Shown: positions 51,870-64,000 of the stretch, piece after piece
Numbering within the stretch: position 1 is the stretch's first letter
How the letters are laid out: every line of letters begins with the position of its first letter
Program-made: the position numbers and the translations under genes
NCBI RefSeq assembly: GCF_036321535.1
Contig: NC_087438.1
Span: 4,094,001-4,158,000, forward strand
DNA: 64,000 nucleotides
From: Camelus dromedarius
Lineage: Eukaryota
Reading direction: 5' to 3'
Notes under the pieces: generated by a model
Databases searched by the model: none
What the model was told of the DNA's origin: nothing
The model's input: only the letters and a program-made list of their open reading frames with translations

Positions 51870-54204
51870 TGACTGATTGGATGATCCTTAGCTACTGAAT
51901 CCGTAGTTTGTGAGACTACGCAGAGTTACGGGAAAGACATCACCGAGAATGGAACAATCAGATTCAGAAAGATTCAGCAGATTTTTTCCTCTCCTTTTCC
52001 ATCTCCTTGCATAGCCAATCAATTCCTAGCCTTGGGAAGTTTTCTTTGCATGGTTAAGTCTGCATTTTCCATTCCTTTCTTTCTGTTTCCACCACCCACC
52101 TTCTTGGTTTGCCACACCCTCACCATCTCACTCCTGGACCCCTGTGAGGTGCTCCTGACCTCCTCTCTGCCTCTGGGCCGCCCATTACCACACCGTTTCT
52201 CCCTTGGGTCTATCACTTCAGTGCTCAGAAATGATCAAGAGCAAACACTGGGGCGTCTGTCTGCACCTTCTCTCACGCCTGCTCCCTCGTGTGTGTTTGT
52301 GTTGCCACCAGTCACCATCGGCTGCTGTTCCTTCCTTTTCCTACCTCTCTATTCCTTCTCAGGCACCCCCTCCTGAATGTTTTCCTTCTGGTTTCTTAAA
52401 TTCTGTGTATTTTTTCATCATCTCACTTAAACACTAAACACAACCCTTTCAAACACTGTTTTCCTACAGAAAAAAAGCAAGTGAGACACTCAGTAATGGA
52501 GAATACAGAAATATGGAAATTGCTGGGGAGAGATGAGAGAAGAGAGAAGCATTGCACCTCTGAGGATGGTAAAAGGAGCCAGGTCCACAACCGTGCCTCA
52601 AATAATCCCGTATCTCACAGCGCCTTGGACCACGTCCATAAGGACACGTATCAGACATAGAGATGCTCAGAGTTGCACATGATTCAAGTTCATAGACATT
52701 TTAGGAAAATTCAGAGCAAAATAATGTTTTGTCATTATAGAAGCGAGGCCCTTTGGCACCCCATGGAAAGTGACAGCATCCCGTCTAGAGTTTACAGGCA
52801 TCTATCAGCCTCTCTCTTAATGACTATTCTAATTGAGATCACCAAGAAGACTCAGAAAAGCACAGCTCCCTCTCACCCAGGATCTCAATGTGGATTTGGG
52901 GTCAGTATCTCCAGGACGGGACCCTTCCGGGGCTGCTCACTGTCCCCGGTTTCTCCCTGGTCATCTAGAGTGGGCTGCACCTTCAAATCTCATTGGGTCA
53001 GCTCCCAACATAAACAGTCCCTGGCTGGGCTGCTCACAACTTCCCATAGGGCCTTTTCACCTTAACCTGCCTCACATTGTTTATATAGCTCTTTATGGTC
53101 CCCATGGCCCTCATCATTCACCTGAATTCCTGACTGCAGCCTCCTAGGGACACAAGTCTGGTGCTGAATACCGCTGGATTGGTGCTGATCTCTGCCCCAC
53201 TCCCTCGCGTCACCCAGCTCCTAGGTGATTCAACACTGCCGGAGAGCACTCTCTGTCCTGTTTCCAGCTTCAGTGCCCAGGACCTTATCCCAGGTGTCTG
53301 ACATCTGTGTCACTATTGTGTCAACCCAGCTCAATAGACAGGCAATCCCCATTTCATGAATGCCCATACATGACCAGTGACACTCAGCACAATAGAATCA
53401 TCAGGCAGTTATTCTAACAAAGCACATCATTTCTTTTCGGTGAAGAAAAACACAAATGCTGGGGAGTCTGTAGGTATGGAACTCGCACAGGGGGCACTAC
53501 AAGCCCAGACTTCACAAAGGAGTAAAAAAAAAAATGGTCTTCAAGACATTATATCATTATAGAACCTTAAAATCAAGTTGGAAGATGTATGGTCCATGTT
53601 AATATTTCAAGTGTTTATTCAGAGTCAATGGCAGGCAATATGTGAACATACAAGCAAGAGAGGTCTGGCAGAAACAGCTAAACCCACACTGCATGATTAA
53701 GCGGTAAATAGTGTGAAGCAAACAGCATGCTAGAAATGTTCAGAGGCACTGTTAGCAGCCCAGGGTCCAAGCCCAACCATCACCACCCTTCTTTCTAACC
53801 TGTAAAGGTTTAACTGAGAAAAGGACCTACGGAGATTAAGAATGGCTCGGGGCTGGATGGTGGTCTTGAGCCCGTGAGCAGGTTGATTCACACCGAGGGT
53901 GGGCTCAGGTCTCTCACGGTCCCACCCTAGTTTGGGTGAAGAGCGCTAGCTTTGACCTAACACCTGCACCCTCAGCAGAGCTGGGGCAACAAAATTGCTC
54001 CCCAAGGGGAAGAACTGATCGTTGGAGGAAAACAGATCTTACATATTGCAATGGTTTGTGGCCCTTCAAAGCTCAATGCTACTTGACAAAAATCTATTTC
54101 TTAACATTTATTTCATTAAATTAAACTAAAATTTTCTCCTTGGTGGAATGATACTGAAGACAAGTTCAGAAACACCAACCTAAGCCTTTTGATTAAAAAG
54201 GGCC

Positions 54205-55490
54205 AAAACTTTCATCAGAATTAAAAACTCACGTGTGTCAAAGATCACCACCAAGAAAGTAAAAGGACGATCTAGAGAATGTGAGAAAATACTTGCAAAT
54301 TATGGATCTGATGTGGATCCTGTATTCAAAATACAGAGATACTGTGGAGATACTGTGGGCTCAGTTCCCAGCCACCACAATTAAGCAAATATCACAATAG
54401 AGTGTCACACGAATTTTACAGTTTCCTAATGTACACAAAAGTCATGTTTGCACTATACTCCAATCTATCAAGTGTCCAACAGCATTATGTCTCAAACATT
54501 AATGTGCATACTTTAGTTTAAAAATACTTTGTTAAAAAGTGCTAACCATCATCTGACAACATGGTGTTGCCACCACCTTCAATTTGTAAAAACCACAATA
54601 TGTATGAAGCACAATAAACTGAAAAACAATACAATGAGGTAAGCCTGTACATAAAGGACACTTTGAAACTCCACATTAAGGAGACAAATAGTCCAGTTAA
54701 AATATGGGCAAAAGATTTAAATGGATACTTTTCCAAAGGAAATACATAAATGGCCAACAGGTACACAGAAAGACACTCAACATCATTAGTAGCTCAGGAA
54801 TTGCAACTCAAAACCACAAGGAGGTACCACTTCACGCCCACTTAGGATTGCTGTAGTCTGAAAAGGAGGAAATAACAGGTGTTGGCAAGGATACAGAGAA
54901 ATGGGAACCCTCATGACTTCTGCCGAGAGTGTAAAACGGTGCACCCACTATGGAAAGCACTTGGCGGGCCGTGACCCAGGAATTCCACTCCCGGGTAAAT
55001 ACCTAAGAGATTTGAAAACACATGCTCACACAAAACTCGTATACAGTATTCCTCATAACAAACAAACAGAGGCAAGCAGTGGAAGCCATCCAAATGTCCG
55101 TCAGCTGATTCCATGGACAAATATGGTATATCCATAAGACAGAATATTATTCTGCCATAAAAAGAAATGATTTTGAAACTCAAAATCACTATGTTGAACA
55201 AAGGATGCCAGACATAAAAGGCATCAACTGCACTTTGGCATCGCACAACTGCAATTTGATGACGTTCCCAGAACAGGTAAATCTATAGAGAGTAGATTAG
55301 TGGTTGCCAGGGGCTGGGGAAGGAGGGAATGACCACCAGGGGTCCAGAGTTTCCTTCTGGAGTGGTGAGGATTATCTGGAATTAAATAGCAGTTATGATT
55401 GTACAACCTAGTGCATATGCTGAAAACCACCAAAATAATGCTCTTAAGTGTTGAATTGTATGATATGGGAATTATATGTTAATTTTAAAA
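54205..55490 (+). mobile_element. old LINE-1 (L1MB/MC-like) 3' region, interrupted by a Tigger1 derivative
   Basis: GAGAAAATACTTGCAAAT..., AAAATATGGGCAAAAGATTTAAATGGATAC, GACCCAGGAATTCCACTCCCGGG, GTAGATTAGTGGTTGCCAGGGGCTGGGG. Confidence 0.85.
54334..54647 (-). mobile_element. internally deleted Tigger1 (TcMar) MITE
   Basis: Minus strand begins CAGGCTTACCTCATTGTATTG...TTTTTACAAATTGAAGGT (Tigger1 5' end) joined directly to the 3' end; TA TSD at 54332-54333 and 54648-54649. Confidence 0.85.
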
Positions 55491-55545
55491 ATTGACCAAA
55501 GCATTTTTCCTGAACAAACTGGTAAGCACTCACAACCTCTCTAAG

Positions 55546-57924
55546 TTTTTTAATATACATATTTTTTAACATTTTTTATTGACTTATAATCATTTTACAA
55601 TGTTGTGTCAAATTTCAGTGTAGAGCACAATTTTTCAGTTATACATGAACATGTATATAATTCATTGTCACATTTTTTCCTCCGTGAGCTACCATAAAAC
55701 CTTGTATATATTTCCCTGTGCTATACAGTATAATCTTGTTTATCTAGTCTACATTTTGAAATCCAAGTCTATCCCTTCCCACCCCCTGCCCCCTTGGCAA
55801 CCATAAGTTTGTATTCTATGTCTATGAGTCTGTTTCTGTTTTGTATTTATGCTTTGTTTGTTGTTTTTTTTTTCAGATTCCACATATGAGCGATCTCATA
55901 TGGTATTTTTCTTTCTCTTTCTGGCTTACTTCACTTAGAATGACATTCTCCAGGAGCATCCATGTTGCTGCAAATGGCATTATGTTGTCAGTTTTTATGG
56001 CTGAGTAGTATTCCATTGTATAAATATACCACCTCTTCTTTATCCAGTCATCTGTTGATGGACATTTAGGCTGTTTCCATGTCTTGGCTATTGTAAATAG
56101 CTCTGCTATGAACATTGGAGTGCAGGTGTCATTTTGAAGTAGGGTTCTTTCTGGATATATGCCTAAGAGCAGTATTCCTGGGTCGTATGGTAAGTCTATT
56201 CCTAGTCTTTTGAGGAATCTCCATACTGTTTTCCACAGAGGCTGCACCAAACTCCATTCCCACTAGCAGCGTAGGAGGTTTCCCCTTTCTCCACAGCCTC
56301 TCCAGCATTTGTCATTTGTGAATTTTTGAATGATGGCCATTCTGACTGGTGTGAGGTGATACCTCATTGTAGTTTTGATTTGCATTTCTCTGATAATTAG
56401 TGACATTGAACATTTTTTCATGTGCCTATTGATCATTTGTAATTCTTCCTTGGTCTTCTGCCCATTTTTGGATTGGGTTGTTTGTTTGTTTCTTACTAAG
56501 TCGTATGAGCTGCTTATATATTCTGGAGATCAAGCCTTTGTCGGTTTCATTTGCAAAAATTTTCTCCCATTCCGTAGGTTGTCTTTCTGTTTTACTTGTG
56601 GTTTCCTTTGCTGTGCAGAAGCTTGTAAGTTTCATTAGGTCCCATTTGTTTATTCTTGCTTTTATTTCTATTGCTTGGGTAGACTGTTCTAGGAGAACAT
56701 TTTTGAAATGTATGTCAGATAATGTTTTGCCTATATTTTCTTCAAGGAGGTTTATTGTATCTTGATTATGTTTAAATCTTTGATCCACTTTGAGTTTATT
56801 TTTGTGTATGGTGTAAGGGAGTGTTCTAGCTTCATTGATTTACATGCTGCTATCCAGCTTTCCCAACACCATTTGCTGAAGAGACTGTCTTTATTCCATT
56901 GTGTATTCTTGCCTCCTTTGTCAAAGATTAGTTGACCAAAAGTTTGTGGGTTCACTTCTGGGCTCTCTATTCTGTTCCGTTGTCCATATGTCTGTTTTTG
57001 TACCAATACCATGCTGTCTTGATGACTGCAGCTCTATAGTATTGTCTGAAGTCTGGGAGAGTTACTCCTCCAGCCTCTTCCTTTCTCTTCAGTAATGCTT
57101 TGGCAATTCTAGGTCTTTGATGGTTCCATATAAATTTTATGATGATGTGTTCTAGTTCTGTGAAATATGTCCTGGGTAATTTGATAGGGATTGCATTAAA
57201 TCTGTAGATTGCCTTGGGCAGTATGACCATTTTAACAATATTGATTCTTCCAATCCAAGAGCATGGGATATCTTTCCAATTTTTAAAGTCTTCTTTAATT
57301 TCCTTCATCAATGGTTTATAGTTTTCTGTGTATAATTCTTTCACCTCCTTGGTTAGATTTATTCCTAGGTGTTTTATTACTTTGGGTGCTATTTTAAAGG
57401 GGATTGTTTCTTTACTATCTTTTTCTGTTGATTCATTGTTAGTGTAAAGAAATGCAACTGATTTTTGAACGTTAATCTTGTAACCTGCTACCTTGCTGAA
57501 TTCTTCAATCAGCTCTAGTAGTTTTTGTGTGGACCTTTTAGGGTTTTCTATATATAGTAACATGTCATTAGCATATAGTGACACTTTTACCTCTTCTTTT
57601 CCAATTTGGGTCCCTTTTATTTCTCTCTCTTGCCTGATTGCTGTGGCTAGCACTTCCAAGACTATGTTAAACAGGAGTGGTGATAGTGGGCATCCTTGTC
57701 TTGTCCCAGATTTTAGTGGGAAGCTTTTGAGTTTTTCACCATTGAGTACTATGCTGGCTGTAGGTTTGTCATATATAGCTTTTATTATGTTGAGATATGT
57801 TCCCTCTATACCCACTTTGGTGAGAGTTTTTATCATAAATGGGTGTTGAATTTTATCAAATGCTTTTTCTGCATCTATTGAGATGATCATGTGGTTTTTG
57901 TCCTTTCTCTTGTTGATGTGATGT
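55546..57924 (-). mobile_element. young 5'-truncated LINE-1 (about 2.4 kb)
   Basis: Long ORF2 segments, 3'UTR and A-rich tail; approximate TSD CACA(A)CCTCT(C/T)TAAG at about 55531-55545 and 57925-57938. Confidence 0.97.
55873..57890 (-). pseudogene. L1 ORF2p remnant: reverse transcriptase domain through C-terminus, frameshifted
   Basis: ORF 56967..57890 has [38 protein letters not shown] and [10 protein letters not shown]; continues in shifted frames 56752..57012, 56426..56788 and 55873..56250 (...MEYYSAIK...LENVILSEVSQ). Confidence 0.97.
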
Positions 57925-58138
57925 CACACCTCTTTAAGATGCAGAGAGAGAAGTAGAGTCATGATCTTTCTTATCTCAGCTCCTAGACCAATGCCGAGAA
58001 GAGATGTCAGACTGATTGTAGCATTCCAAGGTCATCTCCCCCCAGATGCCACACCATCTCAGGCCCTGCAACTTCTCCATGAAAACAAGCAAAATAATCT
58101 CAAGCCAAAGAAGCATTTGGCCAGGGAGGACGTCACTT

Positions 58139-58152
58139 CTGCCATCTAGTTG
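58139..58152 (-). promoter_or_regulatory. CTCF-like motif
   Basis: Minus strand CAACTAGATGGCAG, one mismatch to the CCACTAGATGGCAG-type core; motif match only. Confidence 0.3.
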
Positions 58153-61100
58153 CGCAAGGCTCGGTAATTAAGTTATTGATTGCTCCAATCTTCTCCACTA
58201 AGCAAGCATGACAATGCCTGGTAACTGCTGAGAAGATTAATCACTGAGCAGGTCCAGTGACATTAGGGATAAATGCCTATGAAATCGAAGGAGAGATGAA
58301 CTCAGGTTTATATGAGGATTAGGCAAGAAAAACAAGCAGTGTCTGCATTTACTCTCTGCCCATCCTCAGCAAAGATTCAAGAAGTGAAGTTTCATTTTCC
58401 ATTATATTGCTCCAAGAAATATTAAGACAAGGAAGGTACCATTAGGAAGTGATGGCTGCCAAGATCCTAGGAGGGATCCTCTGCTAATAACCTCGGAGGA
58501 AGAGAATTTGCGGCATTTCATGAACTGAATTTACCCTGATCTCAAAAGATTGGAGAGAGGTTTTTCCTAATGTAATCAGCGGCCACCCTCTCTAAAAGCA
58601 GAGAACTCCACACTTGCTACTTCAAAAGAGATTTTGATAATAGGTCTGTGGCCCTATTTTTTTTTTCAGTAGAATTAAAGTATTTGCTTTGTTTTATTTG
58701 GGCTGCTGACACGATTACAGGATTACTTGGAAGTGTGTGGCTGGAAAGTCTGGATGATAGAAATGGGGAGGGTGAATTGAACCAGCCCTTGTCCTGGAAG
58801 TGGGGCAGGAAGAGGGTGGAAACACAGGGAAAATCTCAGGGTCGCTGGTGGGTTTCATCTGGAATGGGAGGCAGGGAGGTTTGGGCCGGGAGTCTCCCCC
58901 GTTCAGCTGTGTCAGCCATCCCTGAGGCCTGGCACGCTGAAAACAGTGCACCCCTCTACCTCCGGGGGACTCCCTGCCTTCCCGCCCTGCACAACCAGCT
59001 TCCCTAGCGAGCTGTCACGGAGGGCGACTCCCACCCTTACTGGCGTGCACGCTAAGATTTCCCACACACTCATTTGTCTCCAGGCCTCACGCTTTTATCG
59101 CTGGGTATTCATCACCCGGCCGCACAGAGCTGTCCCTGCCTCCACTCCCCACACCGCACGCCATCCCTCCTGCTTCCCTTTTGTTCCAGCCTCACTGGAA
59201 AGAGGAGACAGCTGGTCACCCTCCCCAGTATAACAGCCCCTTTTATTCTTGAAAATGGTTATTACATCACTTGACTAAATCATCCTGTTCCATCTTTCCC
59301 TCAGATTCACAGTTTTTCAAGCCCTAAAGCATAGTCACTGCTCTCTGCAGGACCCCCTCCCTGAATTGCCCCGTGCACTCAATCTGTGGGCTCTCCGGTG
59401 GGACGCCTCCATTTATTGGCCTCTCATTATGGGAATGAGTGTAATGATTTTAGCTGAAGCTTCTCTGTCTGCATTTTCATACCGATTTGTCACTAATTCC
59501 CCTTGTCTCTTCCCTGTAAAGGGGCTACTGCCTCCTTAGCATCCCAGCAGACAGCCCTGCACCGCTAACGAGCTGGCTCTTCCTGCTAATTAATCCCCAC
59601 CTGCTCCCTCCCTCCCATCTGACTCTTGGCCCGGGAGAGGCTGGCAGGCTCCCTACAGATGCACAGCAGTTGTTGCCACACCCGAGGGAGTCAGCCGGCT
59701 GCCTCCCCGAGACCCCGAGAGAGAATAGTGAGAGGTGACAGGGGACTCTCACCTTCAAACCTTCCCCCTCAATCTCCTAAAACAGAAGGAAAGTGAAATG
59801 TCAGCATAACTACCCGTTCCTATTTCAAAAACAGTTTAAAAATAACAATAGATTTACAACAGTGTTATAAGGGTTGGGAAAGGGGTCTGACTTCTCTGGA
59901 TATTATCGAGAGGTTGCCCTCTACTCTCAAATCCCCTTCCCCCAGCCAGACCTTCTGAGACGCCGCCTGTTTCATTCCACCCGTGATGCCCTGAGGACCA
60001 CACACCTCTCTCCGACTGTCTGCTCACACCGTTTTCTCTCCCCCTGCACCTTCAGGATGCTTTCCATTTCGCATTCCTTACACAAACATGCGAGGAGCCT
60101 CTCTATACTCAGTCTATTCTGACAGCCTGCCTGGCAGACCAGTGCTTTCCCCAGGGATGCACTGTTCTATTTCAGGCTGAGTGACTTTTCCTGAAGTTTA
60201 TCTAAATCTATCCAATGACAGAAAGTGGGTAACAATAGGTACCCCACACTCTTCAGCCTTCAGAAACACTGCCCATCTTTTCTTTGTTTTCTTAATTCCC
60301 CAGAAGAGCTGCAACTTGGTGAATTCTGTTGGCATCTATTTTCCCAAAGACTTGAGTATCGCAAGTCATTGCTTCATGACGTTTTCTGATCGGGGGTTTC
60401 CTACGCATTCAGACCCAGTCACCAGGATTATACATTCATCGTTCCCAAGCACACAGCCAGGTGGAAAGTTAAGCACCTGAGGGGGTGCTTAATTTGGGTT
60501 GATTTTTGTGCATCCTTTTGCCTTACCAAAACCAAAGGCATTGACTGGCAATGAACCGGCCAGGGGTGAGTTGCTTTCTTTGGGCTAAAGGCTAAAAGAG
60601 TGTAACTGACCCAATAAGAGATGGTCCTGGATGGCCTGCACTCCAGTCAATTAGCTGGCATTCAGCCTTGCTTTGTCTCAGATGCTGGAAAACGCATTAT
60701 AATTAGATTTTCCCACCCTTGCAGCAAAACAAAGGTCAGTTGTCTCGCGTGCCCAGTTGTGGCTGCGCCACCCTGATTGCAGGTTTAATCCATATGCTGA
60801 GAAGTTATATGGGGATCAAGCGTGCACTGGCAATGGAGAATGACTCCAGATTGTTCTCAATGGTAGGATTTCACCTGAAAATAAGTGCTGATTTACATGA
60901 ATTTACATCTAAAATGCAAATCACAATGTTCCCCGATGAAGAGCAGAAGGAAAGTTGAAGGGAGCTGGCTTCCTCCTTTATCTCAAAAGCAGAGGTCCCA
61001 TTGGTCTTTAGAATGGAAAACCCCCAAAGACGTCTCCATCAGCCCCACACACAGATGTAAAACACCCGCCTGCGTGTCTGCAGGCCCCTTTATGCTCCCC

Positions 61101-62439
61101 AGCGGCAACTGTGGACCTCGAGTCTCCCATCTGCACTTGATTTACTGGCAGACGCAGTAGCCCCGTCTCCACTGCGCGCTAACAACACAGGAGATGGAGG
61201 CAGGGCTGGGGGCAGGGAGGGAGGGAGCACTTCTTGTTCAAAGAAAACCATGAGCAGGGGGCAAGCGGTAACAGTTGGTCATCTGGTCACTCCTGGGAGA
61301 GGCTCAGCTAAGTCAGCTTGGCTGTCTTTAGTTCAGCATTCACATAGCAGCCAGCATAGGAACAGGCCACTGTGTCTGGAATCAGAATCGGGATTAAAGG
61401 CAAGCGGTGGTTGTGTGTGTGAGCACGAGCGTGCGCTGCACTCGAGCACGTGAGTGCTAGTGTGTGAGTACGCGTGAATGTGAGTGTGCACGTGTGTGCG
61501 TGTGCACAAGCCCTTGTGGTCAAAAGTTCCTGGACATGAAGTGACACGCTGAACTTTGCGTCAAGTGAAAAGTTATAAAAATCTAGGTATTAATTTGTTT
61601 TGATTAAAGAAGATAGTCCCTGTACACGAACGTGTAACAGGCTATGTTTAGTACCTCCTGCCCCGGGGCCAATCCTCCTCCCCTTCCAGGCGCGGACACA
61701 GGATCACCAGAGGATTCAGCGGAGCCCTGCTGGGCAACACAGGAAGCAGGACGTAAGTGTGCTCCAAGCCCTCTGTTATCCCAGTAGGCCCCGAGAGCGA
61801 AGGGAGGCGCCTTATTAATTAGCACCATTCCTTCTTCAAGGTGGATTTAATATTGAGACTGAAAGTCAGTACCTGACCTTGAAAGAGTGTGTGTGGGATT
61901 GTTCTTCGGGGCTGAAGAGCTACAGACAGACAGCGTGAAGACACAGCTCACACTGACGGTCCTGGTGAATTCGCAGGAGCACCAGTGCCATGTGAGGGAG
62001 GGGACCTGCCACCCCTGCTCTGCAGACACAAGGAGGGAGAGCAGCAGCGTCCCTCTGGTGGGCTCTGGTTCCAGGAAAGGGCATGGTCCTGTGGACCCCG
62101 CAGGAGCTGTGGGGACAGACTGTCTCTCTCAAGTTGTCCCCTCTCTGGAATGTCTACCCAGGGGTCTCCAGAGCTGCGACACCAAGAGTTCTTCCTGCTT
62201 CACCCAAATTTCAGACACAGCTGCCCTGTGCGAGGACAAGGAATCAGGTGTCTGGAACACATGTGCGCAGAAGAGGGGCAGGATGGCCTGCCGCAGAAGT
62301 TAGTTTATTGGGAGTTTTAGCATTTCCACAGTTTTCTGGCTGGAGCTTCTGTTATCAGAAAGTAAACTTACAGCTTAGAAATTATCTTCGTCCCATGACT
62401 TTAAATAATTGTTAAATGTATCACAGCTTCCTTCCCACA

Positions 62440-63300
62440 AGTTCTAGGGTGCGAGCTTGGCGGAGTTCACTCCTGCGTGTCAGCCCCAGCACCTTCAGAA
62501 GCCAGTGTGGTGCTTCTCTCTGGCGAGCGAGTGTCGCTACCGTCTGCTCAGCCTGCTGGAGCCCCCAGACCCTGCCCTGAGCCTGGAGAGACCCCACAGC
62601 CAGCCTCGCCCGGCGGGGCGGGGCCCGTGGGCTCTGTGACCACATCGCAGGATAAGGCGTCCTGCTGAGCGCGCCAGCACTCCTGCGCGAGGCCAGGGAG
62701 CCCTGGGGAGGAGGGTCCCTCCAGTCACCCAGGACCACCAAGAAACGTTTACCTGGGGGCAAGAGGCTCGCTGGCTCTGGAGGGACATTTTGTGGTTATT
62801 ACTTTGACATGTAGGTCTCGATCTTTCTCTTTAAAATGCATCTTCATCATTTTTGAAATCACCAAATGACTGTGACTGGATATTCCAAGCAGAATAAGAA
62901 AATGAAGAGCTGGCTTTCTTTTTGCCGGCCTGCTCCCTCCTGTCCAGGGGCACCAACGCCGCAGCCTTCGCACAAGCAGATGCACCCATGTGGGGAGGGC
63001 TGGCTCCCGGCGCCAAAACACGCTCGTCTCGTGCACAGAAGTCCGTGCCTCCTTTTGTTCATGTGTTTTGGGCATCCCTTTCGGTCACTGGACAGAGAGG
63101 GGGGGAAATGTAGATCTAACGGTATCGCTATGGTTTTTAAGATTTCTTCGAGGACTCACGGGCTTAATTTACGTAAATTGGATTCTACTGTTCTCACTGA
63201 AAGTGCGGTCTTCCTCCTCCCCCTGGCTGCTGCTTTTCCCTTTCTTCCCTCTCTCCCGCTCCGCGGCCTGGATGCCCTCTCTGCCTCCCACCTGAGCAAC
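62440..63300. promoter_or_regulatory. GC/CpG-rich segment with GC box
   Basis: Elevated CpG density by eye; GGCGGGGCGGGGC at about 62611-62625. Confidence 0.3.
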
Positions 63301-63391
63301 CGGGTTGCAGCGCTGTGCATTCTGAGTAAGTCACACAAACCCACAGAGAGTTCACATTGCTCGTCCACAGAAGTGAAAACATACACACTAC

Positions 63392-63952
63392 TTGTTCATA
63401 GAAATAAAAACATCCAACCTAAAGGTCCTTCCACAGGTGGCTGGATAAAGAAGTTGTGGCATGTTTCTACAATGGGGTGCTACTCAGCCATAAAAAAGAA
63501 TAAAATAATGCCATTTGTAGCAGCATGGATGCATGGAGATCATCATTCTAAGTGAAGTGAGCCAGAAAGAGAAAGACATATACCATATGATATCACTTGT
63601 ATGTGGAATCTTAAAAAAAGACAAGCTTATTTACAAAACAGAAACAGACTCACAGACATAGGAAACAAACTTACAGTTACCAGGGGAAGCGGGTGGGAAG
63701 GGATAAACTGGGAGTTTGAAATTTGCAGGTACTAACTGCTGTATGTAAAATAGTCAGACACCAAGTTTCTACTGTACAGCACAGAGAACTGTGTTCCATA
63801 CGTGGTAGTAACCTATAATGAGAAAGAATGTGAAAACAAATACACGTGTGTGCACGGATGGCTGAACTATTAGGCTGCACACCAGAAATTGACACAGCAT
63901 TGTAAACGGACTACACTTCAACTTTTTTAAAAAATTGAAAAAAAAAAAAAAA
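63392..63952 (+). mobile_element. LINE-1 3' fragment with poly(A) tail
   Basis: Colinear with the copies at 757-1316 and 38005-38720; A-run ends at 63952. Confidence 0.92.
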
Positions 63953-64000
63953 CCGTACTTGTTTCTCTGCAGCTCATCTTCCCACCTCCACAGCACATTG

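Noticed and set aside
56375..57849. Plus-strand hydrophobic ORFs
   Set aside because: Antisense shadows of L1 ORF2
62866..63555. 229-aa ORF
   Set aside because: The C-terminal part (GWIKKLWHVSTMGCYSAIKKNKIMPF) is L1 ORF2 read-through; the rest is GC-rich sequence with no recognisable domain

Overview
Mammalian (eutherian) non-coding DNA, rich in interspersed repeats. I found no confidently identifiable host protein-coding gene, RNA gene or CRISPR array. The only recognisable protein sequence is a frameshifted LINE-1 ORF2 (reverse transcriptase) remnant on the minus strand at about 55.5-57.9 kb. Repeats include L1 3' fragments of several ages, ERV1-type solo LTRs with 4-bp target-site duplications (TSDs), MaLR (MLT1) LTRs, hAT MITEs (MER58, MER20, MER5-like), an internally deleted Tigger1, MIR and L2 relics, and microsatellites. 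The L1 3'-UTR type and the absence of lineage SINEs (Alu, B1/B2, Bov-tA, SINEC, PRE-1) suggest a camelid-like cetartiodactyl, which is an inference. Items worth follow-up are a probable 3'-UTR retrocopy (1.6-1.9 kb), an LTR with an internal PPT+TG junction, a CpG micro-island (13.9 kb), two speculative spliced exon chains on opposite strands (probably lncRNA if real), a TE-free homeodomain-motif-rich block (58-62 kb) and an L1 copy with strong AT-to-GC skew (63.4-64 kb). I cannot support a novel biological system from the sequence alone. Repeat family names come from by-eye recall and need RepeatMasker/Dfam confirmation; most boundaries are approximate.
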